A DNA stretch of 64,000 nucleotides from an uncultured bacterium (lineage in GTDB: Bacteria > Patescibacteriota > Minisyncoccia > Moranbacterales > UBA2206): assembly GCA_903937035.1 (NCBI GenBank), contig CAIZXS010000004.1, positions 4,693 through 68,692 on the forward strand, written 5' to 3'. The notes under the pieces are model-generated. The model was not told where the DNA came from. It ran no database searches and saw nothing but the letters and a program-made list of their open reading frames with translations. Shown here one piece after another: positions 25,678-35,639 of this stretch (the stretch's first letter is position 1; every line of letters begins with the position of its first letter). A program made the position numbers and the translations under genes.

Positions 25678-28167
25678 TTACTGATTTATTGCGAAACTCT
25701 TTATTCCGTTCGTATCTGAGAGGTAAACCAAGTTAGTCTTTTCGCTGACTGAGAAGTTGATTGTATCGGCAATACTCGCATTATAGTATTGGGCGAGGAT
25801 TTTTCCGTCACCATCTAACTTTATTATTCTTGCGTTGGTTTTGTCTAGGATATATAGGTTGGTGCTCGTATTTTGGGCGTAGAGTTTATCTGGTGAGATT
25901 GGTGTTACAGTTTTTTCTGGTGTGTAGGGCTGATTTTTTCCGCGGAATAATTTTAGGATATTTTGGCCGTTTATGACGAAGATATTTTCATTAATGGCGA
26001 GGCTTTTGGCACCGGATAGGTCTAGGGTTTCTTTTAGCCAGGTGCTTTTTTCGCCAAAGCCACCTTCAGCTCTTGGGTAGCGATAAATTTGATTATTATT
26101 TCCATCAAGAAGGTATAGGTAGGTGAGGTAGGTCTTAGCATCAGCTATTTTGGCTTTTTCGGGAAAAGCGATGGAATTAGCTTGGAATTTCCCTGAAGTA
26201 GGCGCGAGAGATGTGACTTTATTATTTTTAACAATAAAAATTAAATTTAAATCGTCCATTCCGAGCGATAATTCCGGATTTTGGAAGTTTGAAGAAAGCG
26301 GAAAACTTTTCTTCGTTTCCAGGTCAATAATTTCTGAGTCTTTTTGGGCGAAAAATTTATCGTTGAGATTTATGATTTGCGCGACGTTTCCGACATAGAT
26401 CTCATTTAATGTTTCAATGCGCTGGACGTTCAAATCATTTTCTAGCGGTAGGATGATTACTGGGATTTCTTCGACAATTTCTGGTTTTTTCTCGACTTTT
26501 CTGTTTTCCAATTTCACAATCCAATATGGGACAACTAGGAGGATGACTAGTGCTGCCAAGGCTGATAGCTTTTGTTTTCGATCAAGGCTTTTTGAAATTT
26601 GTTTTAGACGAGAAAAATTTGGCAGAATTTTTTTTGGCTCAATGAATTGCCCGAGATTTGTGGTCTTTTGCACCGGTGTGGTTGTGATTTTTTGGGGTTC
26701 TGTGTCGGATGAAGTTGGCGAGTTCTCCCAGGGGTATCTTTGATTTTTCGTTTCGTTTTGGTTTTTAATTTTGTGATCGCGCCACTTGTTTTTTAATGAT
26801 TCAATTAGCTGTATGGTGAGATTGGTGGGCTTTCTTAGGATAAAAATTAAGCCATCAGCAGTTTTTTCTTCTAGCCACTCAACTCCTGGCTTTATTTTTT
26901 TTATAAGCGATTCTGCCCTTGCTTTGATTTCTAATTTGGAATATGCATGATTTAATCTTTCTAGTGGGGTGATTCCTGGTTCAGTCTGGTCGAATACTAT
27001 TTTTGATTCATCGAGTTTTGCAGTTTTTTGGTCCAAAAATCCAATTTCTGGAGGAGTTTTTTTAATTTTAATCTGGGAAATTTTAGTGCGGCTCTTCTCC
27101 CAAAATAAGATAGATTGATCTTTTATTGTGCCTGTCGCACTTTTGAGTAACTTTGCAGTTGATTGCCCCAAGTTAGAGAGCTTTTCTTTGAAAAGGGGGA
27201 GTGGGTCAAATTCAATTTTCTCAGCATGATTTTCTTCAGGCGCATTGTGAGTTTCTTTTATATAGATATGTCCAGTTTTTTTATCAACGAAATCTTTTGC
27301 CTCATCTTTGAGCTCTTGGATTATTTCTTGTCTTTCCTTTCTTAAAATATCTTCCTTGGCTCTTTCTTTCTCTAGCATTTTTGGAGAAGATTCTTTTTGA
27401 AAGGCGGTTTGGCTAAAAACATTCACATCTTCCCTTCTTGTAGCTGTTGGGACCTCGGGAAGCTCATCGGTTTTTTCGTCTATATCGATAACGAGAGAGG
27501 CCACCTGGTCAAGTTCGTTGACGAGAGCGGTATTTAGGAACTGGATGAAATTTTCACGTGAAAATTTGAGTGCGCTTTTTTTGATTTCTTCTAGGGAAAA
27601 GATGTCAAAAATTTCTTTTGTAGTGAGCAGTAGTTTGTCATTTTTTTCGATTTTCCCCGAAATGACATCCTGAAAGGTTTTTAAGGGGTTGGAATCGATG
27701 TTTTCATCTTGAATTTCCGTAATCTCGGTGAAGGTATTTCCGCGCAAAAGAAAAGCTGAGGCATTTCCAGTTTGAGAAAGGAGGATGTTATTTTTTTCGA
27801 TTACAGCGCAAATAGCATTGATGCGCCCGATCCAGCCGATATTTTCATGTGTGGCGAGTTTAGCGAGAGCGAGGTTGGCTTTATGCAAGGCTGATTCGAA
27901 GTTTTCAACAGGACCGCGGTTGGCACGGGAAAAATACTCCTTCTTGATGATGGAGATTAGGTAATTTACGACATACGAGGAATCTTCACTTCTGTCGTCA
28001 ATCTGGAAAATTCCCACCAGAGTCCCAAGACTATGATGTGAAATATTTTCTGGCTCTTCGATTAGTATTTCAAGAAATGGTCGACAATCATTTTTTTTGC
28101 AGATTAAAATATCATGAAAGTTTGGTTCCAGATGAGGCATTCTTTTGTCGATTTTTTTTCTGGTCAT
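25678..28167 (-). CDS. large hypothetical membrane protein (possible PP2C/SpoIIE-like N-terminal domain, central TM, C-terminal beta-propeller-like domain)
   Basis: 829 aa. N-terminal GRINAICAVIEKNNILLSQTGNASAFLLRGNTF resembles PPM phosphatase core strands (weak). TM is LSALAALVILLVVPYWIV. C-terminus has repeated ..NQIYRYP..IFVINGQNILKLF..NLYILDKTNARIIKLDGDGK. Confidence 0.6.
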   Translation of the reverse strand: MTRKKIDKRMPHLEPNFHDILICKKNDCRPFLEILIEEPENISHHSLGTLVGIFQIDDRSEDSSYVVNYLISIIKKEYFSRANRGPVENFESALHKANLALAKLATHENIGWIGRINAICAVIEKNNILLSQTGNASAFLLRGNTFTEITEIQDENIDSNPLKTFQDVISGKIEKNDKLLLTTKEIFDIFSLEEIKKSALKFSRENFIQFLNTALVNELDQVASLVIDIDEKTDELPEVPTATRREDVNVFSQTAFQKESSPKMLEKERAKEDILRKERQEIIQELKDEAKDFVDKKTGHIYIKETHNAPEENHAEKIEFDPLPLFKEKLSNLGQSTAKLLKSATGTIKDQSILFWEKSRTKISQIKIKKTPPEIGFLDQKTAKLDESKIVFDQTEPGITPLERLNHAYSKLEIKARAESLIKKIKPGVEWLEEKTADGLIFILRKPTNLTIQLIESLKNKWRDHKIKNQNETKNQRYPWENSPTSSDTEPQKITTTPVQKTTNLGQFIEPKKILPNFSRLKQISKSLDRKQKLSALAALVILLVVPYWIVKLENRKVEKKPEIVEEIPVIILPLENDLNVQRIETLNEIYVGNVAQIINLNDKFFAQKDSEIIDLETKKSFPLSSNFQNPELSLGMDDLNLIFIVKNNKVTSLAPTSGKFQANSIAFPEKAKIADAKTYLTYLYLLDGNNNQIYRYPRAEGGFGEKSTWLKETLDLSGAKSLAINENIFVINGQNILKLFRGKNQPYTPEKTVTPISPDKLYAQNTSTNLYILDKTNARIIKLDGDGKILAQYYNASIADTINFSVSEKTNLVYLSDTNGIKSFAINQ

Positions 28168-28398
28168 ATTGAAAACTAACAGGAGGCTTGTCTATTAATA
28201 TAATTTAGCATAATTTGGCAAAAAATAGAAATAGCGAGGTAGCCAGAATGAATATTTGGAAGTTTTTGCATTTTATGATATTATGTAGTCATAAGAATGC
28301 GCACTTTTTAGGGTGGGGAATTTCTAGGTGAAGTCAAAAAATAATATAACTTATTATTCGGTATGAAGTTGGGGGGCAACTTCTAGTAAAACAAAAAG

Positions 28399-31300
28399 AT
28401 GAAAAAAAAATTAAATGGAGGCTTGATAATCGTGTGTATAGTGTCTTTTATTTTCTCTGGACAGTTGGTAACCGCTGCAGAACCTTCAGCGGACATTTCC
28501 CCCGATAAGGCTTTGGAAACACGGCGTGAGCCAGGAGGGTCTGCAGGAGGGGCAATTGCGTCAGAACAGATGGATGTTGTCGCTGATATCAATTTTCGCA
28601 GCCCCCTTCTTTTAAAGCAAGAAAGTAATAAGCTGGAGCTTTTTTTTCGCCTGGAAAATAATTATTCCAAAAGCGAAGCCGGCATTCGTTATGGCGTTCG
28701 ATTGATTAAGGATGAGACGTTGTATGACGAGAGAGTGTATTCCGCTGATGTGCTTTCAATTGAGGGAAATAGCTCTACTCAAAAAGTGTTTTCTTACCAG
28801 GCTCCAAGTTATCTCGCTGGTGATTTTGAGTTGTGGCTAGTAGCTAAAAATGAAAGTGGTCTGCCGCTAGCTGTTTTAAAATTAGAAAAGCCTATAGCGC
28901 TTAGTGGTTCTGGTGAGTATTTGGAAATCAATACCGATGCTTGCGGATTAAAAATCGAGGGAGGTGGGAATAGTAAGGTTTATTCATTACCTCAAGGGGC
29001 ACCGCTTAAGCCAGAAGAAGACTTGACATTTAGTTGCGAAGTTATCAGTCATTTCAAGGAAGCTGCTTCGATCTATCCTTTGCTGAGTACTTTTAAGTAT
29101 TCTCTCTATGGCAGTTCAGCCGACAATGATCAGCGAGGGGCGGAGCTAGTTCTCCAACCGGGAGAGAAGAAATTTGTCGATTTGACGATTGATAAGCCCG
29201 CCGCGCCTCAGACATATGAAGCGAGGGTTATTTTTTTGAAAAGTAATGCCCTGGCAGTTGTTTCTCGTCCAGTAATTTTGCGCTATGTTGTTTCCGGCGA
29301 AAGTGCCATGATCCAAAAATTAGATTTAGACAAAATTAGTTATCAGAAAGGAGAAATAATTGACGCTACTTTATTGTGGTCTGGTTCAGTGGGCAATTCT
29401 GATGATTCGCACATTGTCAATGCAGCTAGGAAAAAGGTAACAGCTGATTTGGCGATAACCAATCAGGGCAATCAACTCTGCGCGCAAATTCAGGGACAAG
29501 CCTTGGATCAAAATTCAAACACAGCTAAGTTTGAGCTTAAATCTGATATTGATTGCCCTAATCTGAATGTTAAAATAATCCTCAAAGATGAGCAAGGCAA
29601 AGTCTTGGCGGAAAGAGACTTGCATTTTCAAAAAAATAAAATCAGCGAAGGTGGAGCTCAAAAAAGTAGTCCAAATAATATCAAAAAAACAGTGTTATTG
29701 ATAGTATTCATAATTCTGTTATTTTTAGTAATTGCCATTGTTGCTAAAATACTTTTTTCTTACAAAAAAAACAAAACTGAAAATTTATTATTACTTTTGC
29801 TTTTGTTCGGGGCTTTGTTTAATTGGAGATTACAAAATGTGGGAGCTCTTACACTTTCTAAGCCATTTAATAGTTGGGGAGCTTTTAGTTATTCTGTAAA
29901 TTTAAATAAAGGATCAGGAATCTACAACCCAGGAGAGGAGATATCCGTGATATATGACGGAAGTGCAGCCCTCACTGGTTGCGTTAATTATTCTGGTGGG
30001 AATACTACACTATTAGCTGCAACGAACACATCGGGTAGCTGGTCTGGTTTTGGCTGGAAGGGCAATGACCAGTTCACTGATGCGAACGGTTGTACCGTTA
30101 GCAATTTTGGTTCTTGGAGTGCTGGTAATGCGCCATCGTCAAGTGGTGTCATTTCTCTCAAGGCTTGTATAACTGGAGAAGGCTCTGGGGGTGTTGCCGC
30201 TAATTGCTCCGGCACAACATCTGGTGGTGGCAATTTTGATTTAGCGACTGGTGATATTTATTACACGGTTGCCCCTCCCTCCAATCCTACTTGTGAAATT
30301 CATTTTAGCGATAGTTCTTATACTGTCAATAATTGGGGGCCTTTGACTTGGTCGACTTATGATTCAACAGGAGGGACGCTTTATTGTACCGGTCTTTCGC
30401 CGATATTAAATGATCCTAATACTGCTACGAGTTATACTAATTATGGTATTTATTTAAATCAAACAGGTGCGGTTTATTGCACATTTACTCCTTATAATGG
30501 GACAAATGCCGGAACGCCTTGTTATGCTTCTGCGGTAGTTAGCGCGGTAATTCCCACTCCTACGTGTACTGTTTCATTTTCTGACACAGACATTCAAGCT
30601 CCTGGTACGGTATATCTTACCTGGAATTCTTCCAATGCGGATAAGACAATCGGTTCTTGCTCTGGTATTGGAAGTCCGGTTCCAGCGGCTGATTATGGCT
30701 TGGCTTATAGTAATTATCCTGTTGCTTTTGTTGCGACGGATAGTGGGACAGAGACTTGTACTTTCACGCCATATATTGGCGCAACTGCTGGAACTCCTTG
30801 TTCGGCGAGTGTGCTGGTGAGGCCACGAGGGGTTTGTGGTATTGCCAATGGAACATCCTCATGCACGCAGCCGACTACTGGCCTTTGTGATTCATCGAGT
30901 ACTGCTTCTACAGTTGCTGGCTCTGGTCCATGGATTTGGACTTGTGCGGGAGCTAATGGTGGTGGCAGTGTGAGTTGTTCCGCTACTAAGAGTTGCGCGC
31001 CAGCTTCATGTCATGCTTCATTTTCTCCTTCTAGTATAACCACTACATTAGCCACTCCCGCTGCTTCTGTTCTTGCGTGGGATTCCACGGGTGATTCAAT
31101 GACGGTTTCCTGCACAGGGCCAATGCCGATTAGCCCTGCGGTGAATGTTACTAATCCTGCGAGTGGTTCTGGATCTGTTCCCTTTACTGTCGATCAAACT
31201 GGAACAGAGACATGCACATTTACTCCATATAATGGAGCAACTCCAGGCACTACTTGCGAAGCGACCGTTTCCGTTAAGGCTGATGCAGTCTGCGGTTCTT

Positions 31301-32475
31301 CAAATGGAGGCACTTCCTGTTTGGCGCCAACTAGCAATCTTTGCACCTTGGGCACATTGCAAGGAGCTCCGGTGGTATATTCTGGTACATGGTGGGGATG
31401 GACATGCTTGGGATTGAACGGTGGTGCTAATAAGGTTTGTAGTACAATAATAAACTGCACTAGTCCTTCTTGTGTTGCGAATTTTTCACCAACGAGCTTG
31501 ACTGCTCCGGGAACTTCTTATCTTACATGGACTCCTTCTAATGCTGATAAGATGCTTGGTACATGCTTTGGAATTGGCGCAACAATTCCGGAGGGTGATT
31601 ATGGACTGTCCAATACTGTTGGTTATCCTTTCGCTTTTACTGCCTTGCAAACTGGAACAGAAACTTGTACGTTCACTCCATATATGGGAGCAGTAAAAGG
31701 CGCCCCTTGCTCTGCTAGTGTAGTAGTTAATGATACTTGTGAATGCAGCACGATATTCAGCGGTGGGACACCTTGTCCATCGGGATCAACTTGTGACGGT
31801 TGCCATTGTATTCCCGCTACTTCATATACTTGTATGCCAGTAGCTCCACCTGTTGGTACAACAAAGTGTCCCTTGACTAGAGAAACAGGTTTTAGTTCTG
31901 CTCAGCCATGGACGAATCGCGGAACCTTTTCTGTTTGCACCGGAGCGCTTGGAATATGTGAGTATTATATTCCTAGTGGAACATTCGGTTGTAATCCGGT
32001 CGCTCCACCGGTAGGAACAATAAAATGCCCTGGAACGAGAGAGTCAGGTTTTAGCTCTGCTCAACCATGGACTCCCGTGGGAGCAGTTTCTTCTTGCAAT
32101 GGATTGAGTGGTATATGTGAATATTATACCCCAGCTGGAACATTTGGTTGTAATCCAATAGCGCCACCGGCAGGAGCAACAAAATGCCCCGGAACTCAAG
32201 AGGCGGGTTTTAGTTCTTTGCAACCATGGACAAATAGGGTGACTTTTGGTGCTTGCACTGGTGCAAGCGGAGTTTGTGAATATTATTCTTGTCCATCAGT
32301 GCCTCAATGTTACTATCCAACCACTTGCACTCCTGGTATTTGCGGAACTCAAAATGAAGAATGTCTCCCTGTCTCTCCACCTGGATGCGCTGTTCCAGCT
32401 TGCCTCGCAACTTCTTGCACAGGAACGGTGTATTGTCCTTGCAATTCGGGAGGATGGCAGGAGATTTCTCATTAA
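28399..32475 (+). CDS. giant Cys/Thr/Gly-rich modular surface protein (signal peptide, central TM, tandem Cys-bearing modules)
   Basis: 1358 aa. Signal peptide MKKKLNGGLIIVCIVSFIFSGQLVTAAEP. TM TVLLIVFIILLFLVIAIVAKILF near residue 440. Four ~150-aa modules ending ETCTFTPY.GA.GTPC.ASV, two CG..NG.TSC..PT..LC modules, and three 51-aa C-terminal repeats CNPVAPPVGT.KCPGTRESGFSSAQPWT. Confidence 0.8.
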   Translation: MKKKLNGGLIIVCIVSFIFSGQLVTAAEPSADISPDKALETRREPGGSAGGAIASEQMDVVADINFRSPLLLKQESNKLELFFRLENNYSKSEAGIRYGVRLIKDETLYDERVYSADVLSIEGNSSTQKVFSYQAPSYLAGDFELWLVAKNESGLPLAVLKLEKPIALSGSGEYLEINTDACGLKIEGGGNSKVYSLPQGAPLKPEEDLTFSCEVISHFKEAASIYPLLSTFKYSLYGSSADNDQRGAELVLQPGEKKFVDLTIDKPAAPQTYEARVIFLKSNALAVVSRPVILRYVVSGESAMIQKLDLDKISYQKGEIIDATLLWSGSVGNSDDSHIVNAARKKVTADLAITNQGNQLCAQIQGQALDQNSNTAKFELKSDIDCPNLNVKIILKDEQGKVLAERDLHFQKNKISEGGAQKSSPNNIKKTVLLIVFIILLFLVIAIVAKILFSYKKNKTENLLLLLLLFGALFNWRLQNVGALTLSKPFNSWGAFSYSVNLNKGSGIYNPGEEISVIYDGSAALTGCVNYSGGNTTLLAATNTSGSWSGFGWKGNDQFTDANGCTVSNFGSWSAGNAPSSSGVISLKACITGEGSGGVAANCSGTTSGGGNFDLATGDIYYTVAPPSNPTCEIHFSDSSYTVNNWGPLTWSTYDSTGGTLYCTGLSPILNDPNTATSYTNYGIYLNQTGAVYCTFTPYNGTNAGTPCYASAVVSAVIPTPTCTVSFSDTDIQAPGTVYLTWNSSNADKTIGSCSGIGSPVPAADYGLAYSNYPVAFVATDSGTETCTFTPYIGATAGTPCSASVLVRPRGVCGIANGTSSCTQPTTGLCDSSSTASTVAGSGPWIWTCAGANGGGSVSCSATKSCAPASCHASFSPSSITTTLATPAASVLAWDSTGDSMTVSCTGPMPISPAVNVTNPASGSGSVPFTVDQTGTETCTFTPYNGATPGTTCEATVSVKADAVCGSSNGGTSCLAPTSNLCTLGTLQGAPVVYSGTWWGWTCLGLNGGANKVCSTIINCTSPSCVANFSPTSLTAPGTSYLTWTPSNADKMLGTCFGIGATIPEGDYGLSNTVGYPFAFTALQTGTETCTFTPYMGAVKGAPCSASVVVNDTCECSTIFSGGTPCPSGSTCDGCHCIPATSYTCMPVAPPVGTTKCPLTRETGFSSAQPWTNRGTFSVCTGALGICEYYIPSGTFGCNPVAPPVGTIKCPGTRESGFSSAQPWTPVGAVSSCNGLSGICEYYTPAGTFGCNPIAPPAGATKCPGTQEAGFSSLQPWTNRVTFGACTGASGVCEYYSCPSVPQCYYPTTCTPGICGTQNEECLPVSPPGCAVPACLATSCTGTVYCPCNSGGWQEISH

Positions 32476-32508
32476 AAAAGTAACTTATCGAAATAATTAA
32501 ATAATTCT

Positions 32509-32946
32509 ATGGATAGAAAAAAAATTCTTATTTTATGTTTCGCGCTTTTCATGCTCCTGGTTGGACTTTTTGTGGTAGCTAAAAGCAGCAATAAGAAGGA
32601 TGAAAAAACAAGTTCTCCTCAAAAAATGATTGCTGAAAAAAAAGAAGTTAATGTCTCATCAAAACAAGATGCTGGTAATGTAAAACGAGACGATACCGTG
32701 AGTATTATGGGCAGTATCAGTGCGATTGATGAAAAAACCTTGAGCATAAGACAGATGAGAGAGGCGGTGTCTGTCAACATTAATAGCTCAATCGCCGTGT
32801 CGAATGTTGATCTTGATGGAAAAAAATTGGGAGCTGCTAAATTGTCCGATCTTAAGACGGGTGACTCTGTCAGGGTGACTTATGATAGGGCCACGAAGAA
32901 TGCGACAGAGATTTTCATAACAAGAGTTCAGACGCAAGAGAAATAG
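32509..32946 (+). CDS. hypothetical membrane-anchored/secreted protein
   Basis: N-terminal TM/signal sequence ILILCFALFMLLVGLFVVA, 145 aa. Confidence 0.5.
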   Translation: MDRKKILILCFALFMLLVGLFVVAKSSNKKDEKTSSPQKMIAEKKEVNVSSKQDAGNVKRDDTVSIMGSISAIDEKTLSIRQMREAVSVNINSSIAVSNVDLDGKKLGAAKLSDLKTGDSVRVTYDRATKNATEIFITRVQTQEK

Positions 32947-33057
32947 AAATTAGGCCGGAATAGGCAATAAAAAAAAGTTGAGCTGGACAAAAAATTGACA
33001 TATATTTCTAGCTTATATTCTCAGGGATGAATTTCGTATTTGTTTTTTTGAAAAGTA

Positions 33058-33066
33058 TGGTATAAT
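33058..33066 (+). promoter_or_regulatory. extended -10 promoter TGGTATAAT upstream of pilM
   Basis: tttgaaaagtatggtataataaa is nearly identical to the motif upstream of pilC (38837-38845). Confidence 0.45.
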
Positions 33067-33106
33067 AAATTTAAGGAAAGATAAAAAGCAAAAATTACTT
33101 ATAACA

Positions 33107-34240
33107 ATGTTTGATTTTAGTTTCAAAAAAAATGTGTTTGTTGGTGTCGACATTGGAACAGCTGCTATTAAAGTAGTTGAGCTTACTGTTGTGGAGGGAA
33201 AACCGATACTTTCAAATTACGCCTGGATGTCTCTTGATGGGAATAATATTGGAAAAGGAGACGAAAACGTTGAATATTTTCAGGTTATTCTTCCGCAATG
33301 CTTAAAGAGAATCATCAAAAAGGCTAAGTTTTCAGGGCGAGATGCCTATGTTTCTTTGCCAGCTTTTGGAGGGCTCATAACACTTATTGATTTTCCCGAA
33401 ATGGCTGATAATGACATGGAGCAAGCAATCAAGTTTGAGGCGCACAAATATATTCCAACCTCACTAGATGAAGTGGTGATTAGTTGGGAGATTGTGGAGA
33501 GGGAAAATCGTTCTGCGTCTTTGATTAAAGAGATTCCTGTTTCTGGTAATTCTGGAGATGCCAAGGAGACTGATTCTGGCGTACGGGTCAAGGTTTTGCT
33601 CGTAGCTGCTTCACGAAAAAAGGTTTTGAAATATGAAAATCTAGTCAAGCTTTCTGGATTGGACTTGAAATCGATTGATATTGAAACATTTTCAGTTGTG
33701 CGCTCGCTGGTGGGTAATGATATGGGTAGTTTTGTTATTGTGGATATTGGTGCGCGAGTTTGCAATATTATCCTGGTTGAAAAAGGGGTGATTAGGATTA
33801 ATCGAAATATTGATGCGGGTGGAGCGGAAATGACCAAGACAATTGCCAAAGCCATGGGAATTGATACAGAAAGAGCAGAAGCGCTCAAGGTTTCTGGTAA
33901 GAATTTTTTTGAAACTGAATCAGCGATTAGTTTTTTCACACTTGAGCTGATTACGGGTGAAGTGGAACGAATGATTCGTGCATATTGCAAAGATGGTGAA
34001 CGGGACAAAATTGAGGAGATTATCCTTTCTGGCGGAACATCAAGGCTGACAGGTATTGAGGATTATTTTTCCAATAAGTTGAAAATAAAAACAACGGTTG
34101 GTAATCCTTTTGCACGAATCAGCTATGACAGTCGGCTGAAATCAACCATCGCAGATATTCAAAATAATCTGAATATTGCAGTAGGATTGGCATTGAAAGG
34201 TGTGGATGAATATTTGAAAGATAATTTAAATAAAAAATAG
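33107..34240 (+). CDS. pilM: type IV pilus assembly protein PilM (actin-like ATPase fold)
   Basis: VGVDIGTAAIKVVEL N-terminal actin-fold phosphate motif, DIGARVCNI second motif, 377 aa. Confidence 0.85.
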   Translation: MFDFSFKKNVFVGVDIGTAAIKVVELTVVEGKPILSNYAWMSLDGNNIGKGDENVEYFQVILPQCLKRIIKKAKFSGRDAYVSLPAFGGLITLIDFPEMADNDMEQAIKFEAHKYIPTSLDEVVISWEIVERENRSASLIKEIPVSGNSGDAKETDSGVRVKVLLVAASRKKVLKYENLVKLSGLDLKSIDIETFSVVRSLVGNDMGSFVIVDIGARVCNIILVEKGVIRINRNIDAGGAEMTKTIAKAMGIDTERAEALKVSGKNFFETESAISFFTLELITGEVERMIRAYCKDGERDKIEEIILSGGTSRLTGIEDYFSNKLKIKTTVGNPFARISYDSRLKSTIADIQNNLNIAVGLALKGVDEYLKDNLNKK

Positions 34241-34329
34241 TTAAAACAATTTAAAATATTTCGCTGAGCTTGCTTTTAAGCAGGGTCGTCTAGGATGATG
34301 GACGAATCTAGCGAAGTAGGAATAAAAAA

Positions 34330-34842
34330 ATGGCAAATATAAATTTAGTTACAGACAGAGAAAATGCGAGAATGCTTGGAACCGGCACTACAGTGCTTCT
34401 GGTAGCATTCTTTGTTGTCATACTGATTTATGGAGGACTGATTTTCTATGGAAATAAGCTGGGGACTGATTTGACAACAGCTAAGGAAGAATATGCAGCT
34501 AAATTCAATATTTTCGCTATTGGTGATTCTAAAAAAGTTTTAGATTTTCAAAGCAGATTAACAATTTCAAATGAGCTTCTTGCGACGGAACGGGACAATG
34601 GAAAGGACCTGGAAAACATTGAAAGCGTAATGATTGATGGTGTATATCTTGATTCCTATGTCTACGATGAGTCAACTAAATCAATTAAGATTGATTGCTT
34701 TGCCGACAGTTATGAAACGGTGGCAAAGCAAATTTTGAGTTTCAAGGGTGATGACTATTTCTCAACCGTACTTGCAGGCGAGACTAAGATTGATACGAGA
34801 AGAAAGATGATTAATTTCCCCGTTGTTTTAACGATTAAATAA
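34330..34842 (+). CDS. pilN: type IV pilus assembly protein PilN-like
   Basis: Short cytoplasmic N-terminus, single TM (TTVLLVAFFVVILIYGGLIFYG), periplasmic domain. Position between pilM and pilO. Confidence 0.65.
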   Translation: MANINLVTDRENARMLGTGTTVLLVAFFVVILIYGGLIFYGNKLGTDLTTAKEEYAAKFNIFAIGDSKKVLDFQSRLTISNELLATERDNGKDLENIESVMIDGVYLDSYVYDESTKSIKIDCFADSYETVAKQILSFKGDDYFSTVLAGETKIDTRRKMINFPVVLTIK

Positions 34843-34847
34843 AAAAT

Positions 34848-35639
34848 ATGAAAATAAAAATACTATTAGCTCCGGGACTAATCGTTGTTATCGTAGTTGC
34901 AATTATCTGGTATGTCTATCCGGCCTATGATGGTGTGGATGGTGTTAGAGAGAGGGGTGCGAAAATGGCAGGTCAGGAAGCGCTTATGGCTAAATTGGAT
35001 GGTAATATTAGTAACGCGGAAAAATTAGGAGCAGAATTGAGTGCTAATGCTACTCAAAATGCAGTTGTTTTTGATTATATTCCCAAGAGTAAAGAGGAGG
35101 AGAAAATTATTGAAAATCTGAACTTGCAAGCAACAGGAAGCACTTTGGCTGTATTGGAAATTTCGGTTTCCGAGTTGTCGGATGTTGCCGCTGCCGCAGA
35201 GGTTAGTACGCTTTCAATTGCGCCGCCCATTACTGATCCTGTTACAGGAGCTGTTGTGCCCGAAGCGCCAAAATTGGTGCCTAAGAAATTGAAAGTAAAG
35301 TATTCCGTTGTTGGTGATTATGCGAATATTAAAGTTTTAATAGGAAAAATCCAAAAGCTGAAAAGATTTAACAAGTTCTTGGGACTGGACATAAAAACAC
35401 TAATGACGGAAGGGCAGGAGGTAAGTAATTCCTTGCAAGCGAATATGATGCTAGAGTTTAACTATTTAAATGAACCAAAGCGACTGACCGATGCTGATTT
35501 GGGTAATGAGATTTTTTCAGCCACAGAAGGTTTTGATAAGCAGATTATTGGAAAAATACGTGAGAGTAGAAATGTTGAAGTTAATAATGTTATGCCGGGA
35601 CAAAAAAGAGGGAATAATCCTTTTATCATTACAAAATAA
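34848..35639 (+). CDS. pilO: type IV pilus assembly protein PilO-like
   Basis: N-terminal TM (LLAPGLIVVIVVAIIWYV), coiled coil plus ferredoxin-like region. Stop overlaps the pilB start (TAATG). Confidence 0.6.
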   Translation: MKIKILLAPGLIVVIVVAIIWYVYPAYDGVDGVRERGAKMAGQEALMAKLDGNISNAEKLGAELSANATQNAVVFDYIPKSKEEEKIIENLNLQATGSTLAVLEISVSELSDVAAAAEVSTLSIAPPITDPVTGAVVPEAPKLVPKKLKVKYSVVGDYANIKVLIGKIQKLKRFNKFLGLDIKTLMTEGQEVSNSLQANMMLEFNYLNEPKRLTDADLGNEIFSATEGFDKQIIGKIRESRNVEVNNVMPGQKRGNNPFIITK

